Notes: a model not told the origin generated them from the letters alone. 56,565 bases of DNA from Alphaproteobacteria bacterium (GCA_017520675.1 JAFXFG010000003.1:1-56565), one strand, 5' to 3'. Shown: positions 26,701-35,442, counted from the first letter of the stretch. Numbers and translations: made by a program.

Positions 26701-27468
26701 ATGAAAAAATTAACTTTAACTTCTTTATTGACTGTCTTGGCTGTTAGTGGTGCAAATGCGGCAAATATTATTGATGGTAATCCGTTGTATCGCCCTGGCG
26801 AAGGTCGCTTTTATAGCAACTTTGCAATTGAATCACATACTGAGGCAATCGAGGACTGGAAAGTTGCGGAAGAATTTGGTTATGGTATCACAGATAGATT
26901 GGCTGTCTTTATGAAAACAAGTCTTTCTGAAACAGATGGTTTTGATTATATGTCTTGGAACGATTTCACAGTTGGCTTGAATTATCGCTTGTTAGATATG
27001 GGCAACTGGAAGGGTGATGTTTATGGTGTTTATTCTTTGAATCCTGTCTGGGGCGATCATATGCCATTCTTGGACGAAGCGTCAACGATGTATACATGGA
27101 CATTAGGTATGCGTGCGGGTTATGTTGGTGCGGGATGGACAGTCGCAGGACATGTTGACTTTGATTATCTGAACACAGAATCATTTAATTGGGGTGATGA
27201 TGGCGTACATAGTCTGAGTGCAGGATTGGATGCTCAATTGGTATTATGCCCACAATGGAACTTGATTGCTGGGGTTGAATACACCGGTATGCTGGATGAC
27301 CGTTTTGAAGATGCGGGTCGTTGGACTGGTAAGTTTGGTGCCAACTATAATCTGGATGAAACCAAATACATTGGTGCATACATCATGGGTGAAATGGAAC
27401 ATTCCACAGGCGACTGGGAAGTTGTTGATGGGATGGGATTTGGTGTGAACTTTGGCATCGAATTTTAA
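26701..27468 (+). CDS. small outer-membrane beta-barrel protein (paralog of 29380..30129)
   Basis: Signal peptide MKKLTLTSLLTVLAVSGANA, alternating beta-strand pattern, C-terminal GVNFGIEF. Confidence 0.7.
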   Translation: MKKLTLTSLLTVLAVSGANAANIIDGNPLYRPGEGRFYSNFAIESHTEAIEDWKVAEEFGYGITDRLAVFMKTSLSETDGFDYMSWNDFTVGLNYRLLDMGNWKGDVYGVYSLNPVWGDHMPFLDEASTMYTWTLGMRAGYVGAGWTVAGHVDFDYLNTESFNWGDDGVHSLSAGLDAQLVLCPQWNLIAGVEYTGMLDDRFEDAGRWTGKFGANYNLDETKYIGAYIMGEMEHSTGDWEVVDGMGFGVNFGIEF

Positions 27469-27473
27469 AAAAT

Positions 27474-27577
27474 AAATATAATAATTCATCTAAAAGCGGG
27501 ACGGGAATCTCATGTAGCGTCAGTACACTACGATTCCCGTCCCACTTTTATCTAAATCATTCTATTTATTTTTTTTG
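27474..27577 (+). repeat. hairpin repeat element, copy A
   Basis: 5' flank ataattcatctaaaa; arm gggacgggaatc (27498-27509); core tcatgtagcgtcagtacactac; arm gattcccgtccc (27532-27543); 3' flank ttttatctaaatcattctatttattttttt. Confidence 0.85.
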
Positions 27578-27587
27578 TGTGGTGCGT

Positions 27588-27680
27588 ATAATTCATCTAA
27601 AAACGGGGTGGGGTGGTTCATGTAGCGTTTGTACACTACACCAACCCCAATCCGTTTATCTGTACGGTTATCTTTTTGTA
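27588..27680 (+). repeat. hairpin repeat element, copy B
   Basis: Same flanks and core (tcatgtagcgtttgtacactac). Arms cggggtggggtggt / accaaccccaatccg are imperfectly complementary. Confidence 0.8.
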
Positions 27681-27690
27681 AAAAATCTGA

Positions 27691-27718
27691 TTGCAAAAGT
27701 TCTTAATTTCGGTATAAT
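27691..27718 (+). promoter_or_regulatory. sigma-70-like promoter TTGCAA-16-TATAAT
   Basis: TTGCAA at 27691-27696 and TATAAT at 27713-27718. Confidence 0.55.
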
Positions 27719-27724
27719 TCAAGT

Positions 27725-27989
27725 TGAACCGGATGGGAATCTGGTTCGGGGCTGTGCTAGGCCCATGACTTTCGGTGCAAATATGTTTAGGCGTCGTAAT
27801 CCGACAGTATTTTTCGTATTTGCACTGTATCTAAATGTCCCTGACGATATGTCGGGGGGCTGTCCGCTATGAAACAGGTGGCGTAACACCAAAGGCGGGC
27901 AGAGTCATTAAAGTCATGATTTAGCAACTCCCCGACCGTCTATGTTTCCCATAGCGGTTTTTTTAACAGAAAATAGAAGGGAGTCCTGG
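27725..27989 (+). promoter_or_regulatory. conserved structured 5' leader RNA (riboswitch/attenuator candidate), copy 1
   Basis: Repeated on the minus strand at 49296-49579. The two copies show compensatory changes in at least four helices. Ends in a terminator hairpin just before the RBS aagggag. Confidence 0.7.
27936..27964 (+). terminator. leader-internal intrinsic terminator
   Basis: ccgtctatg (27936-27944) / catagcgg (27950-27957) followed by T7 (27958-27964). Confidence 0.65.
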
Positions 27990-29216
27990 ATGAAAAGATT
28001 TTTAACAACTGGATTTTTTGGCGCAATTCTGGGGATTGTTATAGGCGGCGCGCCAGCGGATGCGTCGCTGATATCGCGCGGATTCTTGGACGAGGTCCTG
28101 ACCAGTTACGCCACCAACACTGCACTGGATTTAAAAGCAAACCAAACCGACCTAACCGCATTATCAAATAAAATCGGCACATTGCCAGAGGGGACAATTG
28201 ATATTGGAGGTATTGGTCTTAGTGAAATGTTTGGCAAAGAAAAATCGTTCCCTGTAACAATACCATCAGATTATACATTGTCAGATGCATTTCAAAATCT
28301 ATTTTATAGCGAGGGTGTTTTCCCCAGTTTTGTAGACATCGCTGAATATACCATGTACGGCGGAACTTTGTCTTCATATTGGGAAAGTATTTATGGTATT
28401 AAAACTTACAAAGGGTTATTAGAATTAACCAAAGATATCGGCACATTGCCCAGTGGGGAAATTGTTAGTTATGGTCCACCGTTAATTGAGATGTTGCAAG
28501 ACTATTCCTATCAATATCCCAAAGATTTAGCAGGGATATATGATGTTTTGTTTGGTACTGGAGAAAATATGGGGGTGCTTGAACGGTTTGCAACAAGTAC
28601 GTTATTTGGAGTACCGAATTCATTTAGTGGACTTCTTAGTATCGGTACTGTACCAGATGGCAAAAATCTTGCAGGTATGATAAGTGAAACCGATGCCAAA
28701 ATCGGCACATTGCCAAGTGGGGTTTTTCCTGTTTTTCCAGGAAATATGTTTCTCTCTGTTCTTAACCAACCATATACATACCCAACAAGTTTAGCAGAAT
28801 TAATCACTGCAATATACGGCAATGCAGAAACTGGCGTACACGGATTATTGGAAGGCATTTTTATTGGCTTTCCATATTATGATACAGATGGCGATGGTCA
28901 AAAAGAACCAGGTGTAGGCCTAATGCCAAATTTCAACCTTGCGAAGAATGCAAACAATCTTGCTACCACTGCAAATACTACTGCAACTGCGGCAAAAACT
29001 GCCGCCGATGCCAACACTGCCAAAATCGGAACTCTACCAACCGAATATGCGACAGTTGGGGCGGCGCTGACCGCGATAAAATCGGATATTGATGCAAAAA
29101 GTCTGCCCAGCACATCTGCTGATGGGCAATATGTGTTGACTGCTAAAAAAGTTGGCGAAACTATTAGTTATACTTGGGTCAAGATGGATTTGACAAATGA
29201 AGAGCAATCACAATAA
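27990..29216 (+). CDS. secreted/surface IGTLP-repeat protein
   Basis: Start at ATG 27990 (RBS aagggag). N-terminus MKRFLTTGFFGAILGIVIGGAPADA. Five IGT[LV]P modules. C-terminal block KIGTLPTEYATVGAALTAIK is shared with 48504..49295. Confidence 0.8.
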   Translation: MKRFLTTGFFGAILGIVIGGAPADASLISRGFLDEVLTSYATNTALDLKANQTDLTALSNKIGTLPEGTIDIGGIGLSEMFGKEKSFPVTIPSDYTLSDAFQNLFYSEGVFPSFVDIAEYTMYGGTLSSYWESIYGIKTYKGLLELTKDIGTLPSGEIVSYGPPLIEMLQDYSYQYPKDLAGIYDVLFGTGENMGVLERFATSTLFGVPNSFSGLLSIGTVPDGKNLAGMISETDAKIGTLPSGVFPVFPGNMFLSVLNQPYTYPTSLAELITAIYGNAETGVHGLLEGIFIGFPYYDTDGDGQKEPGVGLMPNFNLAKNANNLATTANTTATAAKTAADANTAKIGTLPTEYATVGAALTAIKSDIDAKSLPSTSADGQYVLTAKKVGETISYTWVKMDLTNEEQSQ

Positions 29217-29257
29217 GACTTAAAAAAGCAGTTTCTGTGTCTTTTGCACAGAATAGG

Positions 29258-29290
29258 GCACTGGCATTCTTCCCCGCTAGTGCTTTTTTT
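29258..29290 (+). terminator. intrinsic terminator
   Basis: gcactgg / ctagtgc stem followed by T7. Confidence 0.5.
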
Positions 29291-29379
29291 GTAGTATGGC
29301 GATGGTGTTGGAATTCGTTCCTGTTTATCTGTTTATTCTTATGTTTTATTATTATTTTGCGAAGGAAAGGGGTTTCTTG

Positions 29380-30129
29380 ATGAAAAAAATATTTGTTTTG
29401 TCTGGTGTTTTATCTTTGGTGTCTGGTGCGGTTAATGCCGCTAATGTTATTAATGGCAATCCGTTCTATGGGCCAAAGCAGGGGCGATTTTACAATATTT
29501 TAACACCGTTGCAGATGAATTCTAAATTTGATTATTTTGTTATGACTGACGAATTTGGTTATGGTATTTCTGATGCCTTTACAATTCACTTGGCGACCAG
29601 TGGTTCGTATGATTCTTCGGATAATCCGCAGTTTGGTAAATGGGCTTGGAATGATTTAGAATTTGGCTTTGATTGGGATTTGTGGCATGAAAATGAATTG
29701 CATGCCGAAGTCTATGGTGATGTGCAGCAGATTTATAATACAAAACATAATTTGCAAACGGTGGCTTATAACTGGACATTGGGGGCGCGCGTTGGTCGTA
29801 TGACGGATTCTTGGACTGTTGCCGGTGTTGTTGAACTGGATTATCTGAATGATGATTTGCCACAAGATACTTTTGATGCCTGGGCAATGACGGTCGGTAT
29901 CCAAGGACAATATATCGTCAACAATAACTGGAACTGGGTTGCAGAATTGATGTTTGATTTTGATTTGTTCGATGACTATTACAATGGCGAGCAATTGCGA
30001 CTTAAAATCGGCGCGAACTACAATTTGGATGAAACGAAATATTTGGGCTTTTATGTTTCCAAAGACTTGGTGCATGGGTTTCAGAGTAGTCCGGCTGAGA
30101 TGGGGGTTCAATTTGGCATCGACTTCTAA
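29380..30129 (+). CDS. small outer-membrane beta-barrel protein (paralog of 26701..27468)
   Basis: Start at ATG 29380 (MKKIFVLSGVLSLVSGAVNA). Shared motifs NGNPFYGP..GRFY, GANYNLDETKY and C-terminal GVQFGIDF. Confidence 0.7.
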   Translation: MKKIFVLSGVLSLVSGAVNAANVINGNPFYGPKQGRFYNILTPLQMNSKFDYFVMTDEFGYGISDAFTIHLATSGSYDSSDNPQFGKWAWNDLEFGFDWDLWHENELHAEVYGDVQQIYNTKHNLQTVAYNWTLGARVGRMTDSWTVAGVVELDYLNDDLPQDTFDAWAMTVGIQGQYIVNNNWNWVAELMFDFDLFDDYYNGEQLRLKIGANYNLDETKYLGFYVSKDLVHGFQSSPAEMGVQFGIDF

Positions 30130-30139
30130 AAAATAAAAT

Positions 30140-30530
30140 CTAATAGCATATCTAAAGCGGATTGGGGTTGGTTCATGTAGCGTCTGTACACTACACCAAC
30201 CCCAATCCGTTTATCTATACTATTATCTTTTATTTTTTTCGCTAAGCAAGGGATGGGGTGGTTGGCTTATGTAGCGTTTGTACACTACGCCAACGGATTT
30301 TTCGCATATCTACACCATTCTAATTTATTTTTCGCTAAGCAAGGGGTGGGGTAGCGTCTGTATACTACACCAACCCCAATCCGTTTATCTATACTATTAT
30401 CTTTTATTTTTTTCGCTAAGCAAGGGGTGGGTTGGCTCATGTAGCGTCTGTACACTACGCCAACGGATTTTTCGCATATCTACTTTATTTTTTTGCTAAG
30501 CAAGGGGTGGGGACAAATTGGTTTTTTGTC
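30140..30530 (+). repeat. tandem array of about 4.5 hairpin-repeat units in two alternating subtypes
   Basis: The core tcatgtagcgtYtgtacactac (or deleted variants of it) occurs four times. cgctaagcaagg(g)gtgggg junctions lie at about 30240, 30342 and 30413, with a truncated copy (gctaagcaaggggtgggg) at about 30495. Confidence 0.85.
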
Positions 30531-30607
30531 GTTTTTATAATAGTGGGAAATGTCCTGAAAAATGCGAGTTTCAAGCCTAAAAATTATATTTTTTTCCTAG
30601 TTTTTCC

Positions 30608-30636
30608 TTGACAATCTGGGGGGTGGAGTTTATAGT
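30608..30636 (+). promoter_or_regulatory. str-operon promoter TTGACA-17-TATAGT
   Basis: TTGACA at 30608-30613 and TATAGT at 30631-30636, about 150 nt upstream of rpsL. Confidence 0.55.
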
Positions 30637-30787
30637 ATATTCGCTTTCTGTGTAAACAAGGAAAGCACGAGATACATAAAAACCGCTTGAAAATACAAAT
30701 TTATAATCCGACTAAGTCGTTGAAATAAGTTTGATAGGCGGCTTTTGTGCAGAGTAAAATAGGTAGAAAAAAACAAAGAGATTTTGA

Positions 30788-31159
30788 ATGCCAACAGTAA
30801 ATCAACTGATTCGGAAACCTCGTAAAAAAGTCGTAGTGAAAAGTACTGCGCCTGACATGATGGAAAACCCACAGAAACGTGGTGTTTGCACACGTGTTTA
30901 TACGACAACACCGAAAAAACCTAACTCGGCGCAGCGTAAGGTTGCCCGTGTAAAACTGGCAAACGGCCGCGAAGTAACTGCTTATATTCCTGGCGAAGGT
31001 CATAATTTGCAGGAACACAGTGTTGTTATGATTCGTGGTGGTCGTGTAAAGGACTTGCCTGGTGTTAAGTATCATATCATTCGTGGTGTCTTGGATACCA
31101 AGGGTGTAGATAGCAGAAAACAAGGCCGTTCTTTGTATGGTGCCAAAACAAAGAAATAA
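30788..31159 (+). CDS. rpsL: 30S ribosomal protein S12
   Basis: [14 protein letters not shown]...[15 protein letters not shown]. Confidence 0.97.
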   Translation: MPTVNQLIRKPRKKVVVKSTAPDMMENPQKRGVCTRVYTTTPKKPNSAQRKVARVKLANGREVTAYIPGEGHNLQEHSVVMIRGGRVKDLPGVKYHIIRGVLDTKGVDSRKQGRSLYGAKTKK

Positions 31160-31232
31160 TTAAGTTAACCACACATATGTAATGTATGTGAGTAATCTGC
31201 GCATGCAGATGAAGTGATAAAAGGAAAATGTA

Positions 31233-31706
31233 ATGTCAAGACGTAAAGCAGCAGCAAAACGTGAAATATTGCCAGATTCAAAGTATAACAATCTGGTTGT
31301 TGCTAAATGTATTAATGTTGTTATGTGGGATGGTAAAAAAGAAGTTGCCGAAGATATTTTTTATGGCGCTTTGGATATGTTAAAGAAAATTGCCAAAGAT
31401 GGTGATGAATTGGCCGCTTTCTTGGAGGCTGTAGATGCCTTGAAACCATCTGTAGAAGTAAAGAGTCGTCGTGTTGGTGGGGCAACTTATCAGGTGCCAG
31501 TAGAAGTTAGACCGGCACGTCAACAAACACTGGCGCTGCGTTGGTTGGTTATGTTCGCGCGTAAACGTGGTGAACGTAGCATGAAAGACAGAATATTCGG
31601 TGAATTGCGTGATGCTTTGAATGGTCAAGGTGGCGCGTTCAAAAAGAAAATTGATACTCATAAGATGGCAGAAGCGAACAAAGCGTTTGCTCACTTCCGC
31701 TGGTAA
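31233..31706 (+). CDS. rpsG: 30S ribosomal protein S7
   Basis: [18 protein letters not shown]...; str-operon position. Confidence 0.97.
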   Translation: MSRRKAAAKREILPDSKYNNLVVAKCINVVMWDGKKEVAEDIFYGALDMLKKIAKDGDELAAFLEAVDALKPSVEVKSRRVGGATYQVPVEVRPARQQTLALRWLVMFARKRGERSMKDRIFGELRDALNGQGGAFKKKIDTHKMAEANKAFAHFRW

Positions 31707-31733
31707 TAAATATAAAAGCAAAGGAAAGACGAT

Positions 31734-33815
31734 ATGTCAGTCGGAAAAACCGCACCTTTACATATGTACCGCAATATTGGCATTATGGCCCATATTGATG
31801 CGGGTAAAACAACAACTTCGGAACGTATTTTGTTCTATACCGGAAGGACTTATAAGATTGGTGAAGTGCACGACGGTGGCGCAACAATGGACTGGATGGA
31901 ACAGGAACGCGAACGTGGTATTACGATTACATCTGCCGCGACAACATGTTTCTGGCGCGATCATCGTATTAACCTGATTGATACCCCAGGGCACGTGGAC
32001 TTTACAATGGAAGTAGAACGTTCATTGCGTGTGTTGGACGGCGCGGTTGCGGTATTTGAATCTGTGTCTGGTGTACAACCACAGACAGAAACTGTATGGC
32101 GTCAGGCTGACCGTTATGCGGTTCCGCGTATGTGCTTTATTAATAAAATGGATCGTACTGGGGCGAATTTCTTCCGCTGTGTAGAAATGATCCGTGAACG
32201 TTTGGGTGCAAATCCATTGGTTTTGAATTTCCCAATTGGCGAGGAAGATGCTTTTCGTGGCGTTGTTGATGTTTTGGAAATGAAGGGGATTGTTTGGGAT
32301 GATGATATGGGTAAAGAACCTAAGATAATTGAAATTCCAGATGATTTGAAAGAAAAAGCCCAAGAATTACACGACAAGTTAATTGAAGAAGTTGTTACAC
32401 TGGACGATGGAATTATGGAAGCCTATATGGAAGGTAATATTCCAGATACAGCAACAATCAAAAAATTGATTCGCAAGGGTACAATTGCACAAAACTTTAA
32501 TCCAATTTTGTGTGGTACTGCGTTTAGAAACAAGGGTGTTCAGCCATTGTTAGATGCGATTGTTGACTATTTGCCAAGCCCATTGGATATTCCTGCGATT
32601 CAGGGTACAAAAATGGACGGTGAAACAGCCGATGAACGTAAACCAGATGCAAAAGAACCTTTCAGTGCTTTGGCGTTTAAGGTTGCAAATGACCCATTTG
32701 TTGGAAACTTGATGTTTATCCGTATTTATTCTGGTAAATTGTTGTCAGGTTCTTATATCTATAATTCTAACCGCGGTAAACGCGAACGTGTTGGCCGTAT
32801 GTTGTTGATGCATTCTAATAATCGTGAAGAAATCAAAGAAGCGTCAGCGGGTGATATTATCACTTTGGTTGGTATGAAGGAAACAATTACAGGGGATACA
32901 TTGTGCGATGAAGCAAATCCAATCTTGTTGGAATCAATTCACGTGCCAGAGCCGGTTATGAGCATTGCTGTTGAACCAAAGACCAAGGCTGATATTGAAA
33001 AGATGTCTTTGGGTTTACAGGCATTGGCAAAAGAAGATCCTTCGTTCCGCGTATCTGTTGATGAAGAATCAGGTCAGACAATTTTGTCTGGTGTTGGTGA
33101 ATTACACTTGGAAATCTTGGTTGACAGATTGTTGCGTGAATTTAAGGTTGATGTTAATGTGGGTGAACCACGTATCGCATATCGTGAAACATTCCGTAAA
33201 CCTGTTTCAGAAGAATACACTCATAAAAAACAGTCTGGTGGTTCTGGTCAATATGCTCAGGTTAAGATTGAATTTGAACCTTTGGAACCAGGTAAGGGTT
33301 ATGAATTCGAAAACAAGATTGTTGGTGGGGCAATTCCAAAAGAATATATCCCAGGTGTAGAAAAAGGTTTGAAGATAGCACAGCAGACTGGTGTTCTGAT
33401 TGGCTATCCAACTGTGGATTTCAAGGCTACATTGGTAGATGGTAAGTATCATGAAGTTGACTCTAATGTATTGTGCTTTGAAATTGCGGCACGCGCTTGC
33501 TTCCGCGAAGCAATGAAAAAAGCGTCGCCAAAATTGCTGGAACCGATTATGAAACTTTCGGTTAACACACCGGAAGAATACGTCGGTGACATCATTGGGG
33601 ACTTGAACAGTCGTCGTGGACAAATTAATGGTATTGAAACTCAATTTGGTAATCAATTGATTTCTGCCTTTGTACCATTGGCAAGCCTGTTCGGGTACGT
33701 AAAGACTTTGCGTTCTTTGTCACAGGGTCGTGCAAATCCATATATGGAATTGTCGCACTATGACGAAGTCCCATCAAACGTTGCTGACGAAGTAATCAAG
33801 AAGCTGACGAAATAA
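31734..33815 (+). CDS. fusA: elongation factor G
   Basis: [22 protein letters not shown]...DTPGHVDF. Confidence 0.97.
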   Translation: MSVGKTAPLHMYRNIGIMAHIDAGKTTTSERILFYTGRTYKIGEVHDGGATMDWMEQERERGITITSAATTCFWRDHRINLIDTPGHVDFTMEVERSLRVLDGAVAVFESVSGVQPQTETVWRQADRYAVPRMCFINKMDRTGANFFRCVEMIRERLGANPLVLNFPIGEEDAFRGVVDVLEMKGIVWDDDMGKEPKIIEIPDDLKEKAQELHDKLIEEVVTLDDGIMEAYMEGNIPDTATIKKLIRKGTIAQNFNPILCGTAFRNKGVQPLLDAIVDYLPSPLDIPAIQGTKMDGETADERKPDAKEPFSALAFKVANDPFVGNLMFIRIYSGKLLSGSYIYNSNRGKRERVGRMLLMHSNNREEIKEASAGDIITLVGMKETITGDTLCDEANPILLESIHVPEPVMSIAVEPKTKADIEKMSLGLQALAKEDPSFRVSVDEESGQTILSGVGELHLEILVDRLLREFKVDVNVGEPRIAYRETFRKPVSEEYTHKKQSGGSGQYAQVKIEFEPLEPGKGYEFENKIVGGAIPKEYIPGVEKGLKIAQQTGVLIGYPTVDFKATLVDGKYHEVDSNVLCFEIAARACFREAMKKASPKLLEPIMKLSVNTPEEYVGDIIGDLNSRRGQINGIETQFGNQLISAFVPLASLFGYVKTLRSLSQGRANPYMELSHYDEVPSNVADEVIKKLTK

Positions 33816-33866
33816 TTAATAAGAAGTTTACAAAAAAAAACTAACAAACAGCCTAAGGAGAAAACT

Positions 33867-35054
33867 ATGGCAAAAGAAAAGTATGTAAGAACTAAACCAC
33901 ACGTTAATGTTGGTACAATCGGTCACGTTGACCATGGTAAAACAACATTGACAGCTGCAATTGTACACTATTATGGTGTTGGTGCAGATGCTCAAAAGGG
34001 TGTTGATCAAATCGATAACGCACCAGAAGAAAAACAACGTGGTATTACAATTAATACATCTCACGTAGAATATGAAACAGATACACGCCACTATGCGCAC
34101 GTTGACTGCCCAGGGCACGCTGACTATGTTAAAAACATGATTACAGGTGCTGCACAGATGGACGGTGCTATCTTGGTTGTTGCTGCAACAGACGGTCCAA
34201 TGCCACAGACACGCGAACATATCTTGTTGGCACGTCAGGTTGGTATTCCAAAAATCGTTGTTTTCTTGAACAAATGTGATTTGGCAAATGATCCTGAATT
34301 GTTGGAATTGGTTGAAATGGAAATCCGTGAATTGTTGTCTGCAAATGATTTTGATGGTGACAATGCACCAATTATCCGCGGTTCAGCTGTTTCTGCAGTA
34401 GAAGGTAAAAACGACGGTTTGGGTAAAGAAGCAATTGATGCTTTGTTAAAGGCTTGCGACGAATATATCCCAATGCCAGAACGTCCAGTTGATAAACCAT
34501 TCTTGATGCCAATCGAAGACGTATTCAGCATCACAGGTCGTGGTACAGTGGTAACAGGTCGTGTTGAATCTGGTGTTATCAAAGTTGGTGAAGAATGCGA
34601 AATCGTAGGTTTGCGCCCAACACAGAAAACAACAGTTACTGGCGTTGAAATGTTCCGCAAATTGTTGGATCAGGGTGAAGCCGGTGATAACGTAGGTCTG
34701 TTGTTGCGTGGTACAAAGAAAGAAGAAGTAGAACGCGGTCAGATTATCTGCAAACCAGGTTCTATCACACCACATACAGACTTTGAAGCAGAAGTTTATA
34801 TCTTGACAAAAGAAGAAGGCGGTCGTCATACACCATTCTTTACAAACTATCGCCCACAGTTCTTCTTTAGCACAACAGACGTAACTGGTACAATCACATT
34901 GCCAGCAGACAAAGAAATGGTTCTGCCAGGTGATAACGTTCGTATCACAGTGCAACTGATTGCACCTATTGCTATGGACGAAGGTCGTCGCTTTGCTATC
35001 CGTGAAGGCGGTCGCACAGTTGGCGCAGGTGTTGTATCAAAGATTATTAAATAA
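33867..35054 (+). CDS. tuf: elongation factor Tu
   Basis: [32 protein letters not shown]. Confidence 0.98.
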   Translation: MAKEKYVRTKPHVNVGTIGHVDHGKTTLTAAIVHYYGVGADAQKGVDQIDNAPEEKQRGITINTSHVEYETDTRHYAHVDCPGHADYVKNMITGAAQMDGAILVVAATDGPMPQTREHILLARQVGIPKIVVFLNKCDLANDPELLELVEMEIRELLSANDFDGDNAPIIRGSAVSAVEGKNDGLGKEAIDALLKACDEYIPMPERPVDKPFLMPIEDVFSITGRGTVVTGRVESGVIKVGEECEIVGLRPTQKTTVTGVEMFRKLLDQGEAGDNVGLLLRGTKKEEVERGQIICKPGSITPHTDFEAEVYILTKEEGGRHTPFFTNYRPQFFFSTTDVTGTITLPADKEMVLPGDNVRITVQLIAPIAMDEGRRFAIREGGRTVGAGVVSKIIK

Positions 35055-35130
35055 TTAAACAGTCGTGGGCGGTGTAACTGAATTAAAAGTGTCAGTGATT
35101 ACCGCCCAGACAAATATAAGGAAAACGGTA

Positions 35131-35442
35131 ATGGTACCAACATCTAAAATTCGTATCAAGTTGACAGCATTTGACCATCGCGTGTTGATGGAATCTGTTG
35201 AAGAAATTGTTAAAACAGCAAAACGTACAGGTGCTGATGTAGTCGGCCCAGTTCGTCTGCCAACTTTGATTCAAAAATTTACAGTCAACCGTTCACCACA
35301 CGTTGATAAAAAATCACGCGAACAATTCGAAATCCGCAACCATAAAGCGGTCGTAGATATTGTTAATCCAACCCCTCAGACAGTAGACGCTTTGATGAAG
35401 TTGGATTTGGCATCGGGTGTCGATGTAAAAATTAAATTGTAA
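35131..35442 (+). CDS. rpsJ: 30S ribosomal protein S10
   Basis: Start at ATG 35131 (RBS aagga): [23 protein letters not shown]. The longer track ORF starts at a GTG inside a spacer hairpin. Confidence 0.95.
   Translation: MVPTSKIRIKLTAFDHRVLMESVEEIVKTAKRTGADVVGPVRLPTLIQKFTVNRSPHVDKKSREQFEIRNHKAVVDIVNPTPQTVDALMKLDLASGVDVKIKL

Noticed and set aside
27579-27872. Track ORFs inside the leaders and repeats: 27579..27872 (+), the 27942 start of the surface gene, 49391..49579 (+) and 30278..30499 (+).
   Set aside because: No reading frame is conserved between the two leader copies; the indels are not multiples of three, and 49391..49579 is antisense to the leader. The ORFs run through hairpin or terminator sequence and lack an RBS, so they are not coding.
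27725-27989. Whether the leader is a cobalamin riboswitch (GGGAAtctGGT...GCTG...CCC...GCACTGTA loosely resembles the B12 aptamer core), a c-di-GMP riboswitch, or a DGR template repeat.
   Set aside because: There is no B12 box (AGYCMGGAGACCKGCC-like) and the spacing is wrong; about 70 nt are inserted where the core should be contiguous. I could not find the GEMM signature. No reverse transcriptase is present, and the repeat lies upstream of the target genes rather than at their 3' ends. I therefore left it as an unclassified structured leader pending an Rfam scan.
30140-30530. Possible CRISPR array, because of regularly spaced repeats with hairpin potential.
   Set aside because: The segments between cores are themselves repeated (two alternating unit types), so there are no unique spacers. 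Unit lengths are irregular (about 70-100 bp) and no cas genes are present. The same element also occurs singly after other genes. It is a REP-like tandem array, not CRISPR.
33828-34955. Long antisense ORFs inside conserved genes, for example 33828..34220, 34235..34660 and 34446..34955 in tuf, 40778..41308 across rplN, 7575..8090, and 44283..44756.
   Set aside because: They overlap unambiguous conserved genes on the other strand and their translations have no recognisable features. These are typical shadow ORFs.
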